A DNA stretch of 38,849 bases, from positions 1 to 38,849 of the forward strand of contig JAPUIP010000901.1 in the NCBI GenBank assembly GCA_027296925.1, in the 5' to 3' direction. Shown here piece after piece: positions 17,288 through 24,979 of the stretch (within the stretch, counting starts at the first letter, position 1; the number at the start of each line of letters is the position of its first letter). The position numbers and the translations under genes are program-made. Source of the stretch: Candidatus Poribacteria bacterium. GTDB taxonomy: Bacteria; Poribacteria; WGA-4E; PCPOR2b. The notes beneath the pieces were generated by a model. That model did not search any database, had not been told where the DNA came from, and worked only from the letters and a program-made list of their open reading frames with translations.

Positions 17288-17380
17288 GCGAATCAGAGTA
17301 GACCTCCGGTATTCGGTATTTGGGCCGAGCGAACGCCCAACATGCAGTATGTTACATATCACTCATAAGGAAAACTGTCA

Positions 17381-17881
17381 ATGCAGCAAAGCGCTCTCAA
17401 ATCCCTTCCGCTTCTATTCGGTGTTACTTTGCCGGTACTGCTTATAGACCAGCTCACGAAGTGGCTAATCCAACAACACATTCCACCTCATCGTCAACAT
17501 GTCATCATTGAAGGTATATTCAACCTTCGCCACGATACGAATGATGGCGCCGCCTTTGGATTAATGCCCGGACAAAACTTACCGCTCATCATTATTTCAA
17601 TCGCCGCTATTGGGTTTATTCTTTTTTATTACAGGCATTTTTATGAAAGCCTGTGGATGAAGGTTGCGCTCGGCTTTCTACTGGGTGGTGCGCTTGGCAA
17701 CTTTATCGACCGAATGCGCCTGGGTGAGGTCACGGATTTCCTCCAGTTTCGGCTGCCCGGCTTCTGGTGGCCCACCTTTAACGTCGCCGACGTCGCTGTT
17801 TGTATCGGCGCCGGAATGCTGATGCTTCACATGTTCCGTCATCGAGGAGATTACGATGCTGCGAAACAGATTGAAAACTAG
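17381..17881 (+). CDS. lspA: Lipoprotein signal peptidase (signal peptidase II)
   Basis: LIDQLTKW, NDGAAFG, GGALGNFIDR, VTDFL and FNVADVAICIG-like motifs with four hydrophobic segments. Confidence 0.9.
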   Translation: MQQSALKSLPLLFGVTLPVLLIDQLTKWLIQQHIPPHRQHVIIEGIFNLRHDTNDGAAFGLMPGQNLPLIIISIAAIGFILFYYRHFYESLWMKVALGFLLGGALGNFIDRMRLGEVTDFLQFRLPGFWWPTFNVADVAVCIGAGMLMLHMFRHRGDYDAAKQIEN

Positions 17882-18338
17882 GTTAGCCGTCTCTCTGATT
17901 TTAATTGCGGCAATGGCTTCGACCAATGTATTTGCACAATATCAACAAGAATCGGAGGAAACGCCGCGCACTCGCCGTCAGCAAGAAGAAGTATACAGTG
18001 AAAGTGCGTTACGGCGGTTTGAGATTGTTACCCTCGTTTCTCTACCGTTTACGGCGATTCACAGCTTTTTGATGATGCGAGGCATTCAGATGATCCGACA
18101 AAATGAGTTTGCGCCCGAACTCACCGGAAAAAACTTCAGAATTATTGGGGCATCTGCGGTATCGCTTGCGCTATTCATCGGTGTTTGGGATTGGCTCCAC
18201 ACGCACGACAAAGACCCCTCCCAACCACTCATGCCCAATTCGACGCCACCACCTCCACCGCAGCGAGTCGAGCTAAATGATTGGGATGTCGACGACTCGG
18301 ACGGTCTTGTCGTTCCACTGGTTCATTTTCGGTTTTGA
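17856..18338 (+). CDS. Hypothetical secreted/membrane protein (signal peptide, two TM helices, Pro-rich acidic tail ending in Phe)
   Basis: 160-aa ORF overlapping the lspA 3' end by 26 nt. Cleavable-looking leader ...AAMASTNVFAQ, hydrophobic helices at about residues 55-75 and 100-118, PPPPPQ and DWDVDDSD near the C-terminus. I recognise no family. Confidence 0.5.
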   Translation: MLRNRLKTRLAVSLILIAAMASTNVFAQYQQESEETPRTRRQQEEVYSESALRRFEIVTLVSLPFTAIHSFLMMRGIQMIRQNEFAPELTGKNFRIIGASAVSLALFIGVWDWLHTHDKDPSQPLMPNSTPPPPPQRVELNDWDVDDSDGLVVPLVHFRF

Positions 18339-18408
18339 TGGCCGGATAGGCTCATGGGCGAATTGCGTATCAATATCACCTGTCACGTACTTCCTTTATT
18401 TAGATTCT

Positions 18409-18912
18409 ATGGCAACTTTAGAGATTCAAACGGGCGATGCCCCTATTTTGCGAGAAACGGCCGTTCCAATTCCAGAGATTGACGCCGATTTACTTCAACT
18501 CATAGCAGATATGTTTGAGACAATGTACGCTGTGCAGGGGATTGGTCTGGCCGCGCCACAGATTGGGGTATCCAAAAGGTTAATCATCATCGACATCGAG
18601 GAACACCATCCCGAGTATCCTCGGATTGCGTTGATAAATCCGGTCATCACAATGGCTGTGGGTGAAGAGCTTGGCGAGGAAGGTTGTTTGAGCTTGCCGG
18701 GCATTCGGGGAATGGTGCAGCGATCCGCAACCGTAAAGGTGGAAGGCCTGTTGCCGAATGGAGACAAAATTGAGTTTGATGCGAGCGGCTTGATGGCGCG
18801 TGTCTTACAGCATGAGAGAGATCATCTCGACGGCGTCCTCTTTACCGATTTGCTTATTCCTGGGGATCAACAGTTGCTTGAACCTCCGCCAGAAATGGCG
18901 ACTGAGATATGA
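18409..18912 (+). CDS. def: Peptide deformylase
   Basis: GIGLAAPQIG, EGCLSLPG and HERDHLDG motifs. ATG 18409 (MATLEIQ...) gives a normal-length protein, so the track start 18277 is an over-extension. Confidence 0.9.
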   Translation: MATLEIQTGDAPILRETAVPIPEIDADLLQLIADMFETMYAVQGIGLAAPQIGVSKRLIIIDIEEHHPEYPRIALINPVITMAVGEELGEEGCLSLPGIRGMVQRSATVKVEGLLPNGDKIEFDASGLMARVLQHERDHLDGVLFTDLLIPGDQQLLEPPPEMATEI

Positions 18913-19880
18913 AGATTCTTTTCATGGGCACAAGTGAATTTGCCGTGCCGACTTTAGAGAAACTGGTTACAGCGGATTTCGATCTCCTTGGCGTGGTGAC
19001 GCAGCCGGATCGCCCCAGTGGCAGAGGCAAGCGACTCACGCCGCCTCCCGTTAAGGTTGCCGCAAATGCACACAATCTACCGATTTATCAGCCGGAAAAG
19101 GTGAGACGCCGCGATTCCATTCGGGTCCTGAGGAAGCTTGAGCCCGATGTCATCGTTGTTGTCGCGTTTGGTCAGATCCTTCCTAAATCCGTGTTAGAAC
19201 TTCCGCCGTGTGGTTGTCTCAATGTCCATCCTTCTCTCCTCCCCAAATATCGAGGGGCGGCCCCCATCCAATGGGCATTAATTAACGGCGAAACGGAAAC
19301 AGGTGTCACCATCATGCTACTGGATGAGGGAGAAGATACAGGGGATATTATTCTGCAGGAGCGCGTGCCGATTGACGATCAGGATAATGCCGCGACCCTC
19401 TCCGACCGATTGGCGAATCTGGCGCCTTCCCTGTTGATTCAAGCGTTACGGCGTGCCTCTGATGGCCTGCCGCCACACTGCCCCCAAAATCATGCCGCGG
19501 CAACCCACGCCCCTCGCTTGACCAAAGCGGTTGGCCAGATTGATTGGCAGCAGCCCGCCGATCAGATCCGCAATCTAGTGCGCGGCACTTCGATTTGGCC
19601 CGGCGCGTATACCTCCGCTGCCCTTCCGAATGATGACCTCCGTTTGAAGATTATCGCGTGCACGGCAGTCGATTACCCGAATCCAGAGCATCTCCCCGGC
19701 GGTACGGTTCAAATTACATCGGATAAGGAACTCATCGTCTTGAGCGGGAAGGGGGCTTTGCGCTTAGATCGCGTCCAACCTGCAAACAAAAAAGAGATGG
19801 ACGCCGGTGCCTTTCTCAATGGGTATCGGTTGCAAACGGGCGATCGGCTCTTTCGTAAAGAAACATCAACGCATGAGTAG
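18909..19880 (+). CDS. fmt: Methionyl-tRNA formyltransferase
   Basis: MKILFMGT..FAVP, QPDRPSGRGK, NVHPSLLPKYRGAAPIQWALINGE. It has a 4-nt overlap with def. Confidence 0.9.
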   Translation: MKILFMGTSEFAVPTLEKLVTADFDLLGVVTQPDRPSGRGKRLTPPPVKVAANAHNLPIYQPEKVRRRDSIRVLRKLEPDVIVVVAFGQILPKSVLELPPCGCLNVHPSLLPKYRGAAPIQWALINGETETGVTIMLLDEGEDTGDIILQERVPIDDQDNAATLSDRLANLAPSLLIQALRRASDGLPPHCPQNHAAATHAPRLTKAVGQIDWQQPADQIRNLVRGTSIWPGAYTSAALPNDDLRLKIIACTAVDYPNPEHLPGGTVQITSDKELIVLSGKGALRLDRVQPANKKEMDAGAFLNGYRLQTGDRLFRKETSTHE

Positions 19881-20868
19881 GTCGAAGATGAGCCCAAATG
19901 CCGTTTTAATTGCTATCATCAAGGTTGCCGTGCTGTGTCTTGTCGTGATTGGTGGTATCGGCTTAGTGCTCCTCTTTGCGGTCATTCCTCGACAGATTCG
20001 CACCCTAGAAGTGGCTGTGCCAAACCTCGTTGGACAGAGCCATGAGCGAGCTGTTCACCTTATTAATAAGACCGGGTTGCAACCTGATCCAGAAGTTGAG
20101 AGAAAGCCAAGTCCCGACATTCCAGAGGGGGATGTGATGGAACAAGAGCCGCCCGCCAACTTCAAAGTCAAATTGAATAAGCCCATTCGACTGACTTTGA
20201 GCATGGGTACTGAGGCGGTTCCTATACCTGGCGTTGCGGGTAAACTGCTCAATGAGGCGGAGAAGACACTCAAGAACGCTGGCTTTCGGCGTGGGCGTGT
20301 CGCGGCGGTCCATTCAGATCGGTATCCAGAGGTCAACACGGTTATCGCGCAAACGCCCCGATCCGGAACTGCACGTCAGCGAGGCGCGGCCGTTGATCTA
20401 CTCTTAAGCTTGGGCGTCCGTTCGAAAGTGCTTCGAATGCCAGATTTGCGCCGTATGTCCATTGATGAGGTGCGCTCGCTCCTCGAATCACACGGCCTCA
20501 AAATCGGTGAAGAAGTGCCTAAGCCGCATCCGGAGATTAATGAGGGGTTGATTATCGATCATCAGCCGGCTGCGGGTGAACTGGTTCCGGTTGGGCAGGT
20601 GGTCAATCTGGAGGTGAGCGGTTCCCGACGCAGCACAGCAGAAAAGGGACACCTTATTAATGTAGAATATGAGGTTTCTGCAGAAGGGGCACCTTCTAAA
20701 CAGGTGCGGATTGAGATTGAGGATGAGCGAGGAAAGCGAAAAGTCGTTAACGATTCCTATCAGTCAGGTATGCTCATCGAAAAGCCATTCTTCCGAGTGT
20801 TCGGTCAAGCCATAATGCACGTTTATGAAGATAACGTGCTGGTCAAAACGGAGAAGGTCGATTGGTAA
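19873..20868 (+). CDS. Single-pass membrane protein with three PASTA domains and a C-terminal beta-rich domain; no kinase or transpeptidase domain
   Basis: Short N-terminal tail and one TM helix (AVLIAIIKVAVLCLVVIGGIGLVLLFAV). Three PASTA-like repeats follow (VPNLVGQSHERAV..., IPGVAGKLLNEAEKTL..., MPDLRRMSIDEVRSLL...). The start is ATG 19873 or 19888, and it overlaps the fmt stop. Confidence 0.78.
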   Translation: MSRSKMSPNAVLIAIIKVAVLCLVVIGGIGLVLLFAVIPRQIRTLEVAVPNLVGQSHERAVHLINKTGLQPDPEVERKPSPDIPEGDVMEQEPPANFKVKLNKPIRLTLSMGTEAVPIPGVAGKLLNEAEKTLKNAGFRRGRVAAVHSDRYPEVNTVIAQTPRSGTARQRGAAVDLLLSLGVRSKVLRMPDLRRMSIDEVRSLLESHGLKIGEEVPKPHPEINEGLIIDHQPAAGELVPVGQVVNLEVSGSRRSTAEKGHLINVEYEVSAEGAPSKQVRIEIEDERGKRKVVNDSYQSGMLIEKPFFRVFGQAIMHVYEDNVLVKTEKVDW

Positions 20869-21539
20869 AGGAACGAAAAATTCAGATTGCGCCATCAATG
20901 CTCGCCGCCGATTTTAGTCGTCTCGGCGAGGAAGTCCGTCGCGTTACCGAAGCGGGAGCAGATCTCATCCACCTCGATGTGATGGATGGTCACTTTGTCC
21001 CGAACCTGACAATGGGACCACAGCTTGTCAAGGCACTCCGCAGTTATACCGAGCTCCCGTTTGATGTGCATCTGATGCTTACTCACCCGCAAGAGTATAT
21101 CGATACGTTCGTGGATGCGGGAGCGGATCTGATTACGATCCACGTTGAAGTTGATGGTCAACTATCAAAGATGATGGATGGGATCAGAAAACGAGGTGTG
21201 AAGGTGGGGCTCGCCCTGCGCCCGCAGACAGCAACTTCAGAGGTCGAACCCTATCTTGCCGATGTAGACCTCGTGCTACCGATGAGTGTCGAACCCGGTT
21301 TTGGTGGGCAATCTTTCCAAATGAATACGCTTGACAAGATTGATCGGTTGCGGAACCTCATCGACGCCCAGGGCCTGGACGTCGACATTGAGGTCGATGG
21401 CGGAATAAATCAGAAAACCGCCGTGTTAGTTGGACGTTCTGGCGCCACCATTTTGGTGGCGGGTACGGCGATTTTCGGGAGTGATGAGCTCGATCGGGCG
21501 ATAAACACACTACGAGAATTAGCTTCATCAGGTGAATAG
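20862..21539 (+). CDS. rpe: Ribulose-phosphate 3-epimerase
   Basis: IAPSMLAADF, HLDVMDGHFVPN, DVHLM, SVEPGFGGQSF, VDGGIN. TTG start 20862 (SD GGAGA upstream) is needed to include the conserved IAPS strand. Confidence 0.9.
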   Translation: MVKERKIQIAPSMLAADFSRLGEEVRRVTEAGADLIHLDVMDGHFVPNLTMGPQLVKALRSYTELPFDVHLMLTHPQEYIDTFVDAGADLITIHVEVDGQLSKMMDGIRKRGVKVGLALRPQTATSEVEPYLADVDLVLPMSVEPGFGGQSFQMNTLDKIDRLRNLIDAQGLDVDIEVDGGINQKTAVLVGRSGATILVAGTAIFGSDELDRAINTLRELASSGE

Positions 21540-21542
21540 CCA

Positions 21543-22283
21543 ATGCACTGTTGCTACGTTCCTCCCGAACAAGTCTCCCAAGACACGCTCTGCATTGGTG
21601 AATCTGAAGGGCATCATCTGCTTCATGTGTTGTGCCTGAAGTCCGGGGATACGGTTCAAGTTTTTGACGGGAGGGGGAACAGTTATGTCGCTTCCCTCTG
21701 TGATGCGCGTGCCTCCCGGCTACAAGCGAAAATTCTCAAACACCAATTTCACCCGGCCGTTCCACCCTACATCACACTTTTCCAGGGGCTACCGAAGTTC
21801 AACAAAATGGATCTGATTGTCCAGAAGACGACGGAAGTGGGTGTGAATGAGCTCGTTCCGATGGTTTGTGAGCGAGCGATTCCGAAGCGTACGGCGGTTG
21901 CCCAGGACAAGCACACGGCGCGTTGGCAGCGTATTGCCGACGAAGCCGCTAAACAGTGTAAACGCCCCCGATTCGCCACTGTGCTCGCTCCGCAGAAGAT
22001 GGACGCATGTCTTGAATACGCGAAGCATTTAGATCTGTTAATCCTTCTCTGGGAAAATGAGAATCAGCACGGACTCAAAAAGGTATTACAGCACCATCGT
22101 CATGTCCAATCGATTGGACTGTTTGTTGGTCCCGAGGGCGGCTTTTCAGATAAAGAGGTAGATCTCGCGCGTGAAAGCGGATGCATTCCGGTAACGCTCG
22201 GCGGCAATATCTTGCGCACAGAGACCGCGGCAATCGTCGGCACGGCGTTGGTAATGTATGAACTCAGTGAGAATGCGAGTTAA
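21543..22283 (+). CDS. rsmE: 16S rRNA (uracil1498-N3)-methyltransferase RsmE
   Basis: PUA-like N-terminus (HHLLHVLCLKSGDTVQVFDGRG), LFQGLPK..KMDLIVQKTTEVGV, GPEGGFS..E, LGGNILRTETA. Confidence 0.85.
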   Translation: MHCCYVPPEQVSQDTLCIGESEGHHLLHVLCLKSGDTVQVFDGRGNSYVASLCDARASRLQAKILKHQFHPAVPPYITLFQGLPKFNKMDLIVQKTTEVGVNELVPMVCERAIPKRTAVAQDKHTARWQRIADEAAKQCKRPRFATVLAPQKMDACLEYAKHLDLLILLWENENQHGLKKVLQHHRHVQSIGLFVGPEGGFSDKEVDLARESGCIPVTLGGNILRTETAAIVGTALVMYELSENAS

Positions 22284-22285
22284 TA

Positions 22286-22930
22286 ATGAAGAAAATTGGC
22301 GTTTTGCATGTCATCACGGATACTACCCTCCAATCGCGATTTACACACGCACAGTTAGCGGAGATGGCGATTGAGGGTGGAGCAGATACGATCCAGTTTC
22401 GTCAGAAAACGGGAAGTGCACGTGAACTTGTCGAAACCGCACAAGAGGTACAGGACATCTGTGCGCAACATGGTGTACCTCTGATTGTCAATGATCGGGC
22501 AGACGTTGCCCTCGCGGTGGGCGCAGCGGGTGCACACTTTGGGCAGGATGATTTGCCGATTGGAATTTCGCGACGAATCCTCGGGCCAGAGACAATTGTT
22601 GGGGCATCTGCACGGACGGAAGAGAAGATCTTAGCAGCCATTTCCGCAGGCGCGGATTACATCGGATTCGGTCCGATCTATCAGACATCATCTAAGTCGA
22701 ATGCGGAATCGCCGAAAAGTTTAGGCGCGTTGGGGCGGATGTGCAAAATCGCGCGTTGTCCTGTCATCGCAATCGGTGGTATCACAGCTGAAACGGCTTA
22801 TGATGTGATTCGTGCCGGCGCTCATGGCATCGCTGTCATCTCAGCAGTCTGCACGAAAGCGGACCCAGTTGCCGCGAGCCGCGAATTATGTGCCGAAATT
22901 CGGCGCGCAAGTGCTCAGCGGAATATTTAG
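22286..22930 (+). CDS. thiE: Thiamine-phosphate synthase
   Basis: IQFRQK, LIVNDRADVALAVGAAGAHFGQDDLP, IGASA, YIGFGPIY.T.SK, PVIAIGGI. Confidence 0.85.
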   Translation: MKKIGVLHVITDTTLQSRFTHAQLAEMAIEGGADTIQFRQKTGSARELVETAQEVQDICAQHGVPLIVNDRADVALAVGAAGAHFGQDDLPIGISRRILGPETIVGASARTEEKILAAISAGADYIGFGPIYQTSSKSNAESPKSLGALGRMCKIARCPVIAIGGITAETAYDVIRAGAHGIAVISAVCTKADPVAASRELCAEIRRASAQRNI

Positions 22931-23087
22931 GCTCTCGCTCGGCAACGATTGCTCCAGTGGTCAACACATTTCTGCTCAATAAATTCCCACCGTAAACTGA
23001 CCCCTAGTGTGCACCGTTAAGAAAGAATATCTACTCCCGACCTGCTGTGAAATAGGCCTTGACAACATTTGTAAAGGGGAATACGCT

Positions 23088-23714
23088 ATGAGAATTCTGA
23101 TCGCCGAAGACGATGACACATCGCGTCTTCTTCTGAAAGCGATGCTGGACAAATGGGAATATGACGTCACTGTTGCCCACGACGGAGCAGAAGCATGGCA
23201 AGTGCTTCAGCAGGAAGATACCCCTCGGCTTGCCATCCTCGATTGGATGATGCCAAAGATGGACGGTGTCGAAGTCTGTCGAAAAGTGCGCGAAATCAAC
23301 CACGGTCAGCTAATCTATATCCTCCTTCTCACGACCAGGGGACGCACAACGGATATCATCGAAGGACTTGAGGCCGGCGCCGACGACTATTTGACCAAGC
23401 CGTTCAATCAGCGAGAATTGCAGGTGCGTGTCCGCGTCGGCGAGCGTGTTGTAAAATTACAAAGTGATTTGGCGAACCGTGTCAACGAGCTCGAAGACGC
23501 CCTGTCGCAGGTGAAGCAACTTGAGGGACTGTTGCCTATTTGCGCGTACTGCAAGAAAGTGCGTGATGATCATGACTTCTGGCATCAGGTTGAAAATTAC
23601 ATTATGGCGTATTCGGAAGCTCGGTTCAGCCATAGCATCTGTCCCGACTGTTACGAGCAGATTATTGTACCTCAACTTGAAGCGCTGCAGCGCCAGAAAA
23701 AGTCGGCACATTGA
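23088..23714 (+). CDS. Response regulator: receiver domain + coiled-coil linker + C-terminal Cys4 module (LPICAYCKKVRDD...SHSICPDC)
   Basis: MRILIAEDDD, phospho-acceptor in LAILDWMMPKMDG, conserved LTKP. The C-terminal 60 aa carry CxxC...CxxC and no HTH. ATG 23088 is preceded by GGGGA; the track start 23007 is an over-extension. Confidence 0.85.
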   Translation: MRILIAEDDDTSRLLLKAMLDKWEYDVTVAHDGAEAWQVLQQEDTPRLAILDWMMPKMDGVEVCRKVREINHGQLIYILLLTTRGRTTDIIEGLEAGADDYLTKPFNQRELQVRVRVGERVVKLQSDLANRVNELEDALSQVKQLEGLLPICAYCKKVRDDHDFWHQVENYIMAYSEARFSHSICPDCYEQIIVPQLEALQRQKKSAH

Positions 23715-23774
23715 TTTATTCGGATTGCGGCGTGGTCCTTGAAATGCACCACCCGAGACCGAGGAAGGTTTCTT

Positions 23775-24356
23775 ATGGACATAATGGTTGAAGACGAAAT
23801 ATTAGTTGCTCACTTCCAAGCGGGTCGGCAGGATGCGTTCGATGAACTGATGAAGCGATACAAGCAGCGAATCTATGCCTACCTGCTTCGATCCGTCAAA
23901 AATTACGAGGACGCCGAAGAGTTGACCCTTGAAGTCTTTTTCAAGGTCTACCGGGCACTTGAAAATTGGCAACCTCAAGCACGCTTTTCGACCTGGCTCT
24001 ATAAAATTGCCCATAATCTGGCAATCGATTACCACCGCGCAAAATCGCGACGACAGACCTACTCACTTGATGACGAAAATCTATCGCTTGATGAACCAAA
24101 AGCCGTTGATCTGAGCAGTAACCCTGCATGGCAAGCTGAAGAAAGAGATCTGCATCGCATTATCCGGGAGGCGGCAGATCAACTTTCGCCAAACCAAAAA
24201 TCCGTTTTTATGTTGAAGTGCTATGAAGGATTGCAGCTTAAGGAAATAGCAGCAGTGCTCGGCATGGCAGAAGGAACGGTAAAGATTCACTTGCATCGTG
24301 CGATGAGAAAATTGGAAGCGCTCTTACACCCCCTCTGGGAGGAGAACGAAATTTAA
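23775..24356 (+). CDS. ECF (group IV) RNA polymerase sigma factor
   Basis: Region 2 (YAYLLRSVKNYEDAEELTLEVFFKVY, WLYKIAHNLAIDYHR) and region 4 (LQLKEIAAVLGMAEGTVKIHLHRAMRKL). ATG 23775 has SD GAGGAAGG upstream. Confidence 0.85.
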   Translation: MDIMVEDEILVAHFQAGRQDAFDELMKRYKQRIYAYLLRSVKNYEDAEELTLEVFFKVYRALENWQPQARFSTWLYKIAHNLAIDYHRAKSRRQTYSLDDENLSLDEPKAVDLSSNPAWQAEERDLHRIIREAADQLSPNQKSVFMLKCYEGLQLKEIAAVLGMAEGTVKIHLHRAMRKLEALLHPLWEENEI

Positions 24357-24373
24357 CTGAAGGAGTTTGCTTA

Positions 24374-24961
24374 ATGACAACGTGTAAACCATCGGAAACG
24401 TACACCGACTATGTCCATGACCTTCTTGATGAGGAACAGGCCGCTATCGTCGAAGCGCACTTGGGAGATTGCCCCACCTGCGCTGACAAAGTTGAGTCTT
24501 TGCAGCGGGTTCTGAGCTTGGTCAGAGAAGCGGCGGAAGTACCGATTCCAAACGTTATTCTCGATGGCATCGAGATGAAAGTCTACAAGCGTCTTGCTGC
24601 AGAATCTCCACAGCCCAAGCCGGCACGTTTTCTTTCGCGATTATTGGCGGTTTTGCCATTTCCAGCGATGCAAAACCGTTCAACTTGGATCTTACGCGGT
24701 GCGCTGGCAAGCCTTGTGCTAGCGATTGGTATTCCAATCGCCACGATCGTCCTTCATCGAGAGCCGGCGCTGGAGGTTCCCGTTCGTGCGATTTCGGTGC
24801 AAACACCTCCTGACAGAGTTGAGCAGTATAATCAATGGGAAATTCAAATGAGTCAACAGGAGGCGCTTGAGAAGCGGCACCTAAAGGGGGATGACCACGG
24901 TGCAAACCTTCAGTTGCTGATGGTGGCAGAGAAGGTTGCCGTCGCACGGCGGCCGTTTTAA
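24374..24961 (+). CDS. Anti-sigma factor (zf-HC2 type), single-pass membrane protein
   Basis: N-terminal H-x3-C-x2-C (HLGDCPTC) anti-sigma zinc motif and a TM helix (LASLVLAIGIPIATIVL). It lies directly downstream of the ECF sigma gene, with SD AAGGAG. Confidence 0.72.
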   Translation: MTTCKPSETYTDYVHDLLDEEQAAIVEAHLGDCPTCADKVESLQRVLSLVREAAEVPIPNVILDGIEMKVYKRLAAESPQPKPARFLSRLLAVLPFPAMQNRSTWILRGALASLVLAIGIPIATIVLHREPALEVPVRAISVQTPPDRVEQYNQWEIQMSQQEALEKRHLKGDDHGANLQLLMVAEKVAVARRPF

Positions 24962-24979
24962 CTACAAGGAATTGAGAGG

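Noticed and set aside
18277-18408. N-terminal extensions proposed by the ORF track: def from 18277, glucosidase from 28905, response regulator from 23007, sigma from 23739, amidase from 10408, BNR protein from 34739
   Set aside because: In each case an internal ATG with a properly spaced SD gives the family-typical N-terminus, and the extension overlaps the upstream gene or lacks an SD.
22250-22300. TPP riboswitch expected upstream of thiE; Moco riboswitch upstream of modA
   Set aside because: thiE starts 2 nt after the rsmE stop, leaving no room for a leader. The mod upstream regions (7749-7782 and 8125-8192) are too short and lack the conserved motifs.
23059-23087. TTGACA-N17-TACGCT promoter-like element immediately upstream of the response regulator ATG
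   Set aside because: The -10 would end 1 nt before the start codon, so transcription would begin inside the coding region. The GGGGA within it fits better as the SD.
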